Assembly: GCA_945906935.1 (NCBI GenBank)
Contig: CAMDSO010000001.1
Span: 67,596-131,595 of the forward strand
Length of the DNA stretch: 64,000 nucleotides
Source: Bordetella parapertussis
GTDB lineage: Bacteria; Pseudomonadota; Gammaproteobacteria; Burkholderiales; SG8-41
Reading direction: 5' to 3'
Part shown: positions 47,348 through 56,509 of the stretch, in pieces
Position numbering within the stretch: the stretch's first letter is position 1
Layout of the letters: the number at the start of each line of letters is the position of its first letter
Notes under the pieces: generated by a model
Told to the model about the DNA's origin: nothing
Seen by the model: the letters and a program-made list of their open reading frames with translations, nothing else
Databases searched by the model: none
Translations under genes and position numbers: made by a program

Positions 47348-48325
47348 TTACGGCGCAGCGAGACCGGCGGCCTTGAGCGCCCTGCCGATATTCGCAATCT
47401 CGGCTTTCATCAGCAAGGTCAGGTCATCCGGTGAACCGGGTGCGGCTTCTATGCCGGCCTGCAGAAACAATGCGTCGACCTCGGCCGACTGCAAGGCGCG
47501 CACGACTTCGCGGTTCAACCGCGTCACGATCGCCGCCGGCGTTTTGGCCGGCGCAAAAAGCGCGTGCAACGATTCCGAGGCGAACCCCGGCACGCCGGAA
47601 TCAGCAATCGTCGGTAACCCCGGCACGATTGCCGACGGCCGCGCGCTGCCGGTGGCGAGCGCCCGCAGACGCCCCGACTTCACATGCGATGCGGCACCGC
47701 TCGGTGTGGCAAAAATCGCCTGCACCTCACCGCTCATTACTGCGGTCATGGCAGGCCCGGTGCCCTTATACGGAATGCGTACGATATTCACACCAGCCAT
47801 GTGATTGAACAAAACCGCAGCAATGAAATTCGAGCTGCCCGTTCCGCCCACCGAGTAATTCATTTCGCCCGGCTTGGCGCGCGCCAGTGCGATCAACTGC
47901 CGCACGTTTTTCACCGGCAATGACGGATGCACCACCAGTAGGGTGGGAGAACGGTCGAGCAGCGTGATCGGCGCAAAATCGCCCACCGGATCGTAATTGA
48001 CTTTTTCCAGCAGGGGACCGATCCAATGTGCGCCGCCAGTCACCAGCAAGGTGTAACCATCGGGCGGTGCTTTCGCGACCAGATCGGCGAGCAGTGCGGT
48101 CGGCCGGTTATCCACCACCACCTGCTGACCCAGCGAAGCAGAAATTACCCGCGCGATGACCCGCGCGGGATAGTCATTGCCCCCACCCGCCGGAGAAGTC
48201 ACCACACGGATGGCTTTGAACGGGTATTCCTGCGCCTGCGAGACGCCTATGCCCGTCCCGCACAGAGCAGACGCCAGCAAGCTGGCGCTGAAATATTCTT
48301 CTAGCTTCGTGGCGTGGCTGCTCAT
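47348..48325 (-). CDS. Bug/TctC family tripartite tricarboxylate transporter substrate-binding protein
   Basis: It has a signal peptide, EYPFKAIRVV and IPYKGTGPAMTAV. Confidence 0.9.
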   Translation of the reverse strand: MSSHATKLEEYFSASLLASALCGTGIGVSQAQEYPFKAIRVVTSPAGGGNDYPARVIARVISASLGQQVVVDNRPTALLADLVAKAPPDGYTLLVTGGAHWIGPLLEKVNYDPVGDFAPITLLDRSPTLLVVHPSLPVKNVRQLIALARAKPGEMNYSVGGTGSSNFIAAVLFNHMAGVNIVRIPYKGTGPAMTAVMSGEVQAIFATPSGAASHVKSGRLRALATGSARPSAIVPGLPTIADSGVPGFASESLHALFAPAKTPAAIVTRLNREVVRALQSAEVDALFLQAGIEAAPGSPDDLTLLMKAEIANIGRALKAAGLAAP

Positions 48326-48343
48326 CGGATTACGCCCACCGCG

Positions 48344-48925
48344 CTATTTCAGCGCCGCCTGCAGCTCCTTAGCACCCACCACGTAACACAGCGTCGGCAG
48401 AATATTTTTGATCGTGAACGTATGGTTTTCGATGGTGTTGCTGGCGCAGGCATCGCCGACCAGAAACACGCGATAACCCATGTCGCTGGCGTGACGCGCA
48501 GTCGCCTCCACCACATAGTTGGTCCACAGCCCGACCAGAATAATCGTGTTGACGTCGGCGTTCTGCAACGCTTGATCGAGATTGGTGGTTAAGAACGGAT
48601 CGACGCAGGTCTTGTTCAGCACCAGCTCGGTCTTCAGCGGCTTGACGCGCGGATCAATCGCCGCCCCCTTGGTACCGATGATGAGCTGGCGCTTCTTGCG
48701 CAAGCCATCCCACAGCGGATTGTCACGCGGCAGATCAAGAAAATCCGCCCGCACCGAAGCGGTGATATGAATCACATTGGCCTTGCGACTGCGCGCGGTT
48801 TTCAGCACCGCAGCCATGTTCTCCATGATGCGGTTTTCCTTCAGCCCGGGGGTGATGTCGACCAGATCCTTTTGCACGTCGAGCAATAGCAAAGCGGTGC
48901 GTTTAGCGTCAATTTTCAGTTTCAT
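48344..48925 (-). CDS. Isochorismatase-family cysteine hydrolase
   Basis: Start chosen at MKLKIDAKRTALLLLDVQKD. It has ILVGLWTNYVVEATARHA, where the usual Cys position needs checking. It is 193 aa. Confidence 0.8.
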   Translation of the reverse strand: MKLKIDAKRTALLLLDVQKDLVDITPGLKENRIMENMAAVLKTARSRKANVIHITASVRADFLDLPRDNPLWDGLRKKRQLIIGTKGAAIDPRVKPLKTELVLNKTCVDPFLTTNLDQALQNADVNTIILVGLWTNYVVEATARHASDMGYRVFLVGDACASNTIENHTFTIKNILPTLCYVVGAKELQAALK

Positions 48926-48972
48926 CAGCGTCCTCTTTCGTCGTCTGTTAAAGCTCGCGCCAGCAGCGCGCC

Positions 48973-49944
48973 CTAGTTGGTTTGTTTGCCCTTCAGGCCG
49001 GCAGCTTCGACCACCCCGCCCCAAGTCGCCAGTTCGCGCCGCAACAGTACGGTGAATTCCTCAGGCGTCGAACCGATCGCCTCGACCGCGATGTCGTTCA
49101 GGCGATCGCGCACCTGCGGCTGTTTTAACGCCTGCAGCAGGGTGCTGTTGAGCTTCATGATGATGGCGCGTGGCGTATCTTTGGCCACCAGCGGTCCGTA
49201 CCAGCCGGCGGTGTTGAATTGATAGCCGCTCTCCGCGATCGTCGGCAGCTCGGGCATGAGCGCCGAACGTTTTTCACCGCCCAGCGCAATAGCGCGCAAA
49301 CGCCCGCCCTTCACCTGCGGCAGTGCCGCCGACAACCCGTTGAACATCATATCGACCTCCCCGGCCAGCAGCGCCGTCATGCCGGGCCCCGCGCCTTTGT
49401 ATGGGACATGCGTGATCTTTACCCCGGCGGTGAGGTTGAAGAGCTCGCCCGCCATATGAATACCAACACCGGTGCCGCCCGACGCGAAGTTGAGTTTGCC
49501 CGGCTGCGCCTTCGCCAGGGCGACGAGTTCCTTGACCGTTTTCGCAGCAACGTTCGGATGGACTAGTAATACATAGGGTGCCGCCGCCGCCAGCGAAACC
49601 GGCGCGAAATCCTTGAGCGTGTCGTAGGGCGTTGAGATATTGATCTGCGGCACGATCACCAGCGGCCCGGAAAACCCCAACAGAACGGTATAGCCGTCGG
49701 GTAATGCCTTGGCCGCCATCTCGGTACCGATCTGCCCGGCGGCACCGGCACGGTTGTCGATAACCATCGGTTGACCCAGTGCCTCCGACCACGCTGGCGC
49801 CAGAATGCGTGCGATGACGTCCACTGGCCCGCTGGCCGATGAGGGCGCAATCACCCGGATTGGTTTGTTCGGATATTGCTGCGCGGCGGCCGGCGCCAGC
49901 GGCAAGAGTGCTACAAGCAGACATGCCAACGGTATGGTTTTCAT
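48973..49944 (-). CDS. Bug/TctC family substrate-binding protein, translationally coupled to cofC
   Basis: It has the signal peptide MKTIPLACLLVALLPLAPAAA, QYPNKPIRVIAP and VPYKGAGPGMTALL. Its start is in an ATGA overlap with the cofC stop, with GGAGG 8 nt upstream. Confidence 0.9.
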   Translation of the reverse strand: MKTIPLACLLVALLPLAPAAAQQYPNKPIRVIAPSSASGPVDVIARILAPAWSEALGQPMVIDNRAGAAGQIGTEMAAKALPDGYTVLLGFSGPLVIVPQINISTPYDTLKDFAPVSLAAAAPYVLLVHPNVAAKTVKELVALAKAQPGKLNFASGGTGVGIHMAGELFNLTAGVKITHVPYKGAGPGMTALLAGEVDMMFNGLSAALPQVKGGRLRAIALGGEKRSALMPELPTIAESGYQFNTAGWYGPLVAKDTPRAIIMKLNSTLLQALKQPQVRDRLNDIAVEAIGSTPEEFTVLLRRELATWGGVVEAAGLKGKQTN

Positions 49945-50612
49945 TTTCCTGCCTCCACTGTTTGACGCACATCAACCGCCATCATTGCGCGCGGAATTCT
50001 AGCATCGGGGTGTGCCCGCCACGCGGCGTAATCCTGCGGCGTATCGAGATCGAAAGCGAGTTCCGGCGGCGCCTCACAAACACTGTGATAACCAGCCTGC
50101 GCAAATGCAGCGAGATGACGCGCACGGCTATCAAGCCCGAAGTGAAACAGTTCCCACGCGCCGGCGGGCATGGCCAGCGCATTGGTGCCGCTACCAGCGC
50201 GATCGGCCGCCAGCACAATGTGTTCTGCCATCGTTGCCTGCGCAGTGAACGCATCCAGCGCCGGCGCCGACAGGCGCGGCAGATCACAAGCCAGCACCAG
50301 CAAGCGCTGCGCGCCGCGCCGCGCCAACGCCTGCGCACCCAGCCTTAACGCGGCATTGAGATCACCGCCAGCCGCCTCCCGCATGGTCAGCGCACCGGCC
50401 GCCTCCGCACAGGCCAGCGCCTCAGCACAAGGGCTGACCACCAAACATTGCGCAAGATCGCCCTGCCACGCCGCGATCACTTCCAGCGTATGCGTCAGCA
50501 AATGATGGTTGAGGGCAGCGCGCGCCGGCGCGTCAAGCACCGCCGCCAGTCTCGACTTGCCGATGGCAATACCGTGCACCGGCAGCAACGTCCACCACGC
50601 CTTTGTCATCAC
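49941..50612 (-). CDS. cofC: 2-phospho-L-lactate (or PEP/3-PG) guanylyltransferase CofC/FbiD
   Basis: Motifs include LLPVHGIAIGKSRLA, LACDLPRL, DRAGSGTNAL and DLDTPQDY. Confidence 0.82.
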   Translation of the reverse strand: MMTKAWWTLLPVHGIAIGKSRLAAVLDAPARAALNHHLLTHTLEVIAAWQGDLAQCLVVSPCAEALACAEAAGALTMREAAGGDLNAALRLGAQALARRGAQRLLVLACDLPRLSAPALDAFTAQATMAEHIVLAADRAGSGTNALAMPAGAWELFHFGLDSRARHLAAFAQAGYHSVCEAPPELAFDLDTPQDYAAWRAHPDARIPRAMMAVDVRQTVEAGK

Positions 50613-51559
50613 CGGCGCTCCGCTGCCAGCCGGCGCACATAGGCGACCAGCGTCGCCGCGAGTCGCGCACTGTACGCGGGGTTGCGCATGATGGTATCGG
50701 TGACCAAGACGCCGCGCCCCATCTTCTCGATGGTCGTTTGCAACTTCGCATCGGCGTCATCGATCACCCAGCCGTCGACCAAGCCGCCGTAGTGGCGCGC
50801 AATGCCGGCGGCACTGGCATCGAGCTTGAGCTCACGCATCATTTTTGCCGCCGGCCCCTTGAGCGCTGCGCCAGCGACGATCGGCGACACCGCGACCACC
50901 GGAAAATCGCGCCGCCGCAACCATGCCCGTATCCCCGGCACAGCCAGTATCGGCGCGACGCTGACAAACGGATTCGATGGACACAACACCAGCCCGCTGA
51001 CGCGACCACTTTGCATCAAGGCCTGCAATGCGGGTGCCGGTCTGGCCGCGCGACTACCGGCAAAACGAAATCCCTGCACACGCGGCCGACAGCGTTCACG
51101 CACAAAATAATCCTGAAACGCGAGCTCGCCTGTTGCCGTGATGACGCGCGTGCGCACCGGCGCGTCGCTCATCGGCAGCAGCGCATGCCGCACACCAAGA
51201 CGCCGCGCCAGCATGGCGGTGACCGCAGACAACGTCGAGCCGGCGCGCAACGCCTCTGTGCGCAGCACATGCACCGCGAGATCGCGGTCGCCGAGATTGA
51301 ACCAGTCGCTGCCGCCGAGTTCTTTCAACGCCGTCATGAACTGCCAGCTTTCATCGCGCCGCCCCCAGCCGGTCTCTGGATTGTTGAGGCCGGCCAGCGT
51401 GTACATCACCGTATCAAGGTCCGGCGAGACATGCAGGCCGAGATGTTCAAAATCATCCCCCGTGTTCACGACGACCGATAATTGCGCCGGCTTCAATACC
51501 GCAGCAAGGCCCACCGCCAGGCGCGCACCGCCCACCCCTCCCGCAAGCGCCACCATCAT
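50609..51559 (-). CDS. cofD: 2-phospho-L-lactate transferase CofD/FbiA
   Basis: Motifs include VALAGGVGGARL, NTGDDFEHLGLHVSPDLDTVMYTLAG and GDRDLAVH. It overlaps neighbours on both sides by 4 nt. Confidence 0.9.
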   Translation of the reverse strand: MMVALAGGVGGARLAVGLAAVLKPAQLSVVVNTGDDFEHLGLHVSPDLDTVMYTLAGLNNPETGWGRRDESWQFMTALKELGGSDWFNLGDRDLAVHVLRTEALRAGSTLSAVTAMLARRLGVRHALLPMSDAPVRTRVITATGELAFQDYFVRERCRPRVQGFRFAGSRAARPAPALQALMQSGRVSGLVLCPSNPFVSVAPILAVPGIRAWLRRRDFPVVAVSPIVAGAALKGPAAKMMRELKLDASAAGIARHYGGLVDGWVIDDADAKLQTTIEKMGRGVLVTDTIMRNPAYSARLAATLVAYVRRLAAERR

Positions 51560-52320
51560 CGGAATAAATCCTCCGCCGCCGGCCGCAACAACTCGCGCGC
51601 CGTGCTCTCGCGCAAGGCATACGGAAAGCCGCGCACCAGCACCGCTGGACAGCCCTCGGCAGCCTGTCCCATCAACAGCGAAGCGGCGGCTGCCAGCTCA
51701 TCCGCCGCCGCGACCTGGGTGACCTGCAAGGCGCGGCCCTCGCGGTCACTCTGCCCGCGCAGATCAACCAGTGCCGGCACACCGGCCACCCCGATCGCGG
51801 TGCCGGTCACGCCCTGACGCCAGGCACGGCCAAAACTATCGTTGATGACAACCCCGATGCGTGCACCGCACAGCGCCTCGATCTGCTGGCGCAAATGGCG
51901 TGCCGACGCGTCGGGATCTTCGGGCAGCAACAGCACGCTGTGTTGCGTCTCGGCGGCGGGCACATTCGACTGATCGATACCGGCGCTGGCCATGATGCAA
52001 CCGAGACGATGTTCGACAATCAACACATTCGGTTTGGCCCGCAACACCGTCAGCGATTCGCGCAGCATGCAATCGACCAGTCGCGCGTCCTTGTGCGTGA
52101 GCGCAGCGAGTTCCAGTGCTCGCGCCGACGGCGTGATGTCGTCGAGACAGAGGAGACGCGCCTCGGCCTTCGAGATGATTTTTTGCGCAATGACCAGTAT
52201 GTCACCCTCGACGGGCGTCAAACCGCCGCGCGTCAGCGCCGCCAGCAACAGAGCGGCGAGATCATCACCGGCCTTGATTTCTGGCAAGCCGTCGAGCGCC
52301 AGCAATCTCATTTCACGCAT
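51556..52320 (-). CDS. cofE: Coenzyme F420-0:L-glutamate ligase CofE
   Basis: Motifs include DGDILVIAQKIISKAE, ASAGIDQSN and INDSFGRAWR. Confidence 0.88.
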   Translation of the reverse strand: MREMRLLALDGLPEIKAGDDLAALLLAALTRGGLTPVEGDILVIAQKIISKAEARLLCLDDITPSARALELAALTHKDARLVDCMLRESLTVLRAKPNVLIVEHRLGCIMASAGIDQSNVPAAETQHSVLLLPEDPDASARHLRQQIEALCGARIGVVINDSFGRAWRQGVTGTAIGVAGVPALVDLRGQSDREGRALQVTQVAAADELAAAASLLMGQAAEGCPAVLVRGFPYALRESTARELLRPAAEDLFR

Positions 52321-52335
52321 CGCGCCGCCGGCGGT

Positions 52336-53028
52336 TCAATCGCGTGGCACGCCGGTGATACGGATGCCGGCACCGGGCACCTTGTAGCGCTGGTTGATTG
52401 CAATCAACACCGAGGTCAAGGCCTCGGCCGCCGCTGAATTGACCAGCGTGCCGGCGTGCCAGCCCTGCATACCGGCGTCGCGCGCCAGCCCGATCACCGT
52501 TTCGCGCGCAGCAATGTCATCGCCACAGACCAGCACGTCGCAATCAACGTCATGTGCGAGATCCTTGAGATGAGCGGCGGAAACGTTTTGAAACGCCGAC
52601 ACCACTTTCACCCCCTCGCCCAAGGCGCGCTGCAAAGCAGCCACCGCCGAACCTGCCGTTGGCAATTGCACCCGGCTGACTTTGGGCGGCACCAAGGGTA
52701 CCGTCACATCAATCAGAATTTTTCCGGCGAGCTGTTCACGCAAAGCGAGGGCGGTCGCCTGCTGTGCAGCAAACGGCACCGCCAGCACGACGATGCCCTG
52801 CGCCGCCGCCTCCATGTTCGAGCCGCCGCGCAATGCACCGCGCGCGCCGAGCAGGGCGTTAAAGGTCTGCGCCGCCTGCTGTGCCTTGTCGGCATCGCGT
52901 GAACCAATGATCACATCATGACCGGCCGCCGCCCAGCGCAGCGCCAGACCGCCGCCCTCGTCTCCGCTGCCACCGATCACGCCAATAGAAATTTTCACCG
53001 TGCTTGTCGCCATCATCTTCCTTGCCAT
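52336..53028 (-). CDS. npdG: NADPH-dependent F420 reductase (Fno/NpdG)
   Basis: The segment ISIGVIGGSGDEGGGLALRWAAAGHDVIIGSRD matches the NpdG N-terminus. It is ~230 aa. Confidence 0.85.
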   Translation of the reverse strand: MARKMMATSTVKISIGVIGGSGDEGGGLALRWAAAGHDVIIGSRDADKAQQAAQTFNALLGARGALRGGSNMEAAAQGIVVLAVPFAAQQATALALREQLAGKILIDVTVPLVPPKVSRVQLPTAGSAVAALQRALGEGVKVVSAFQNVSAAHLKDLAHDVDCDVLVCGDDIAARETVIGLARDAGMQGWHAGTLVNSAAAEALTSVLIAINQRYKVPGAGIRITGVPRD

Positions 53029-53080
53029 CGAAATTTTGTTTCTGTTTACTGATGCTGTGTGCTTGCGCTCTCTACAAAGG

Positions 53081-55444
53081 CTAGGCCGCCGCGGTGAAGC
53101 GACGACGCAGCGGCATCCCTAGCGTCGGCAGCGCGGCCAGGGCGGCGGCCTCGTAGGAGGCTTGCACACGCGCCGCCGCCGGCACACCGTAGAGCGTGGT
53201 GCGCTGCTCAGGTCTGCGGCCGCAGGCACGGATCAGTTCATCCATCGCCTGCGGCGCCATTTCCTGACCGTGCTGGGTGCCGGCGGCGTGTGAAATGGTT
53301 TCGTTCATCAGCGTGCCGCCCAGATCATTGGCGCCGGCCGCCAGACAGGCGGCCACACCGGCCTCACCCATCTTCACCCACGAGACCTGGATGTTGGTCA
53401 GCAACGGGCTGAGCGCCAGTCGCGCCACCGCGTGCATCAACACCGCCTCACGAAACGTCGGCCCCTTGCGCGCGCCGCCGCGCCGGTAGACCGGCGCCTC
53501 CATGTGCACGAAGGGCAGTGGCACCAGTTCGGTAAAGCCCTGCGTTTTTTCCTGCAGCGTACGAATGCGCAGCAAATGCCGCGCCCAATGCCGCGGCGCC
53601 TCAACATGCCCGAACATGATGGTGGCGGTTGAGCGCAAGCCAAGCGCGTGCGCGGTTTGCATGATGTCCAACCATTCCGCGGTGGTGACCTTGCCCGGAC
53701 AAATCCGCGCGCGGATTTCATCATCGAGAATCTCGGCCGCGGTGCCCGGCAGTGTATTGAGTCCGGCTTGCATCAATTGCTGCAGAAAAACGCGCACTGT
53801 CAGGCCCAGGGTCTCTGCACCATGCGCGACTTCCAGCGGCGTAAACGCGTGCACATGCATCTGCGGCGCGGCGCGCTTGACCGCACGCACGATCTCAAGA
53901 TAAGTGTCGCCAGTGTAATCGGGGTGTATGCCACCCTGCATGCAGACTTCGGTAGCGCCGCGCGCCCACGCCTCATCGACGCGGCGTTCGATTTCGCCCA
54001 GCGGCAAATCATAGGGTGTGCCGCGCAACGCAGCGGCATGTGTGCCCTTGGAAAAAGCACAGAAGGTGCAACGATAGGTGCAGATATTGGTGTAGTTGAT
54101 ATTGCGATTGACCACATAGCGCACGGTGTCGCCGACCGTTGCATGGCGCAGCGCGTCGGCTTCCGCGCAAACAAAATGAAACGCATCGCCGCGACTGGCG
54201 AAGAGACTTTCGATCTCAGCCTCGGCGAGCGTCGCACCGTCGCGTGCACGCGCCACAATTTCACGCAGCGCGGGTGCGACCCCGCCGCCATGCGTGAGCG
54301 CCGGTGGTGCGACCACCAGCCCCGGTGACCACACGCCTTCGCGCGCATAACCTTCAGCGTCGCTGGCGCGCAGCACAGCAGTGGCAATCGCCGGCGCGTG
54401 CCACTGCACGGCCGCACGGCAATAGGCGGGATAACTGGGCAGACGCTCCTGCAGCAGCTTGCCGCGTGCTGCCGTAATAACACGCAAGCGTGCAAGCGCC
54501 GGCCACGGCGCTTCCGGATTGACGTGATCCGGCGTGACCGGCGAAATGCCGCCCCAATCGTTGATGCCGGCGTCGATCAATTCACCGCAATCATCACCGC
54601 TCAAATTAGGCGGTGCCTGAATGTTCATCTGCGCCCCGAGCAACAGACGCGCCACCGCGATGGTCCACAACAATTCCTCACGCGGCGCATCGGCCACCGC
54701 CGCCATGCGGGTGCCGGCTTTGGCGCGAAAGTTCTGGACAATGACTTCCTGTACATGGCCATACTGCGCGTGCACTTCGCGTATGGCCAGCAGGGTCTCA
54801 ATCCGTTCGGCGCGCGTCTCACCGATGCCGATCAACAGCCCCGTGGTAAACGGCACGCTCAATTCACCCGCCATGCGTAAGGTCTCAAGTCGTAGTGCCG
54901 GCTGTTTATCCGGCGAGCCGAAGTGCGGGCCGCCACGTTCGCACAAACGCCCGGCCATGCTCTCCAGCATCAAACCCTGCGACGCCGATACCGCACGCAG
55001 GCGCGCGATATCGTGCCGCGACATCACGCCGGGATTCACATGCGGCAGCAAACCGGTTTCCTCGCGCACCAGCGCACACATCGCAACCAGATAATCGATG
55101 GTGTTCGCGTAGCCGAGTGCGGCGAGTTCATCGCGGGCGGCTTTGTAACGCCGCTCGGGCTTGTCACCCAGCGTAAAGAGCGCCTCGTGGCAGCCCGCCT
55201 CGCGACCCGCGCGGGCCACTGCCAACACCTCGTCGGCGGTCAAATAAGCCTGGCGCCCGGGCTGCGGTGCGATTGCAAAAGTGCAGTAGTGACAAGAGTC
55301 GCGACACAGCCGCGTCAGCGGAATAAACACCTTGCGTGAATACGAAACGACGGCGCCGTGATTAGCGTCACGCAGCGCCGCCGCCCGCGGCATCAGATCG
55401 GCGGCCCGCGCGTCGATATAACCTGCGATGTCAGCTTCGCTCAA
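53081..55444 (-). CDS. fbiC: Bifunctional FO synthase FbiC (CofG-CofH fusion; 7,8-didemethyl-8-hydroxy-5-deazariboflavin synthase)
   Basis: It has two radical-SAM CxxxCxxC sites, CRDSCHYC and CTYRCTFC. It is 787 aa. Confidence 0.92.
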   Translation of the reverse strand: MSEADIAGYIDARAADLMPRAAALRDANHGAVVSYSRKVFIPLTRLCRDSCHYCTFAIAPQPGRQAYLTADEVLAVARAGREAGCHEALFTLGDKPERRYKAARDELAALGYANTIDYLVAMCALVREETGLLPHVNPGVMSRHDIARLRAVSASQGLMLESMAGRLCERGGPHFGSPDKQPALRLETLRMAGELSVPFTTGLLIGIGETRAERIETLLAIREVHAQYGHVQEVIVQNFRAKAGTRMAAVADAPREELLWTIAVARLLLGAQMNIQAPPNLSGDDCGELIDAGINDWGGISPVTPDHVNPEAPWPALARLRVITAARGKLLQERLPSYPAYCRAAVQWHAPAIATAVLRASDAEGYAREGVWSPGLVVAPPALTHGGGVAPALREIVARARDGATLAEAEIESLFASRGDAFHFVCAEADALRHATVGDTVRYVVNRNINYTNICTYRCTFCAFSKGTHAAALRGTPYDLPLGEIERRVDEAWARGATEVCMQGGIHPDYTGDTYLEIVRAVKRAAPQMHVHAFTPLEVAHGAETLGLTVRVFLQQLMQAGLNTLPGTAAEILDDEIRARICPGKVTTAEWLDIMQTAHALGLRSTATIMFGHVEAPRHWARHLLRIRTLQEKTQGFTELVPLPFVHMEAPVYRRGGARKGPTFREAVLMHAVARLALSPLLTNIQVSWVKMGEAGVAACLAAGANDLGGTLMNETISHAAGTQHGQEMAPQAMDELIRACGRRPEQRTTLYGVPAAARVQASYEAAALAALPTLGMPLRRRFTAAA

Positions 55445-55509
55445 TCGATCACCAGAACAATCCCCGCTCCACGATGAAGGCGGCAGAGGGGTATGGAAGG
55501 AAATGCCTG

Positions 55510-56469
55510 TTACTGTTTGACACCGGTCGCCTTAACCACATCGGCCCACGTTTTCATGTCCTGCTCGAGCATCTGCTGCATCGCTTCGGGCGAGAGCTTC
55601 ATCGCTTCGGCGGCATTGGCGGCGAAAATTTCACGCGACTTCGGTGCCTCAACCGCTTTGGCAATTTCCGCATTGAGCTGCTCGATGAGATTACGCGGCG
55701 TATTGGCCGGCGCAAAAATCCCGGCGATCACCGCGGCATCTACACCCCGCACGGTTTCACCCAGCGCCGGAATCTCCGGAAACGCCGCAACGCGCTTGTC
55801 TGCGGTGATGCCGATGGCAATCAACCGTTTGCTACGCACGTATTCAATCGCCGCCGGGATCGTGTTGACGATCAGCGACAACTCTCCGGTGAGTAACGAC
55901 ACCGTCGAGGTCGTACCGCCTTTGTAATTGACCATTTCGAGATTGATGCCGGCGCGCATGCGGAATTTCTCTGCGGCCATGTGCGTGACGGTGCCCACAC
56001 CCGAATTACCGCAGGTGATACCCGGATTTTTCTTCGCCAGCGCAATCAGTTCTTTAGCCGACTTCACCCCCAGCGAAGGATGCGCCACCATGATCAGCGG
56101 GGACGTCGAGACTGGCGCCACCGCCATCAAATCACGCTGCGGGTTGTACGAGAGTTTGGAATACAGCGACGGCGTGATGGCATGCGTCGACATATCGGTA
56201 AACAACAGCGTATAGCCATCGGCTGCCGACTTGGCGACGAGTTCGGCCGCAATGGTGGTGCCTGCGCCCGGCCGGTTTTCAACGATCACCTGCTGACCAA
56301 GACTCTTCGTCAATTCCGCCGCCGTGATGCGCGAAAAGGTATCGGTCGCGCCGCCAGTGGCAAACGCCACCACGAGGCGTACCGGCTTGGCCGGATAAGT
56401 CTGCGCCTGCACTGCCGTGCCCAGGGTGGCCGCGACTGCCGCACTCATCAACGCTATCGTCTTATGCAT
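55510..56469 (-). CDS. Bug/TctC family substrate-binding protein
   Basis: It has a signal peptide, TYPAKPVRLVVAF and VNYKGG. Confidence 0.9.
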   Translation of the reverse strand: MHKTIALMSAAVAATLGTAVQAQTYPAKPVRLVVAFATGGATDTFSRITAAELTKSLGQQVIVENRPGAGTTIAAELVAKSAADGYTLLFTDMSTHAITPSLYSKLSYNPQRDLMAVAPVSTSPLIMVAHPSLGVKSAKELIALAKKNPGITCGNSGVGTVTHMAAEKFRMRAGINLEMVNYKGGTTSTVSLLTGELSLIVNTIPAAIEYVRSKRLIAIGITADKRVAAFPEIPALGETVRGVDAAVIAGIFAPANTPRNLIEQLNAEIAKAVEAPKSREIFAANAAEAMKLSPEAMQQMLEQDMKTWADVVKATGVKQ

Positions 56470-56509
56470 GCTCCGTCTCCTCCGGTTGCTGCAGGTTTTG
56501 AATCAGGCG

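Noticed and set aside
50603-51481. 292-aa plus-strand ORF. Similar long ORFs occur opposite cofC/cofE/fbiC, for example 51895..52437 and 53648..54328.
   Set aside because: These are antisense shadows of the F420 genes. The minus-strand products carry the family motifs.
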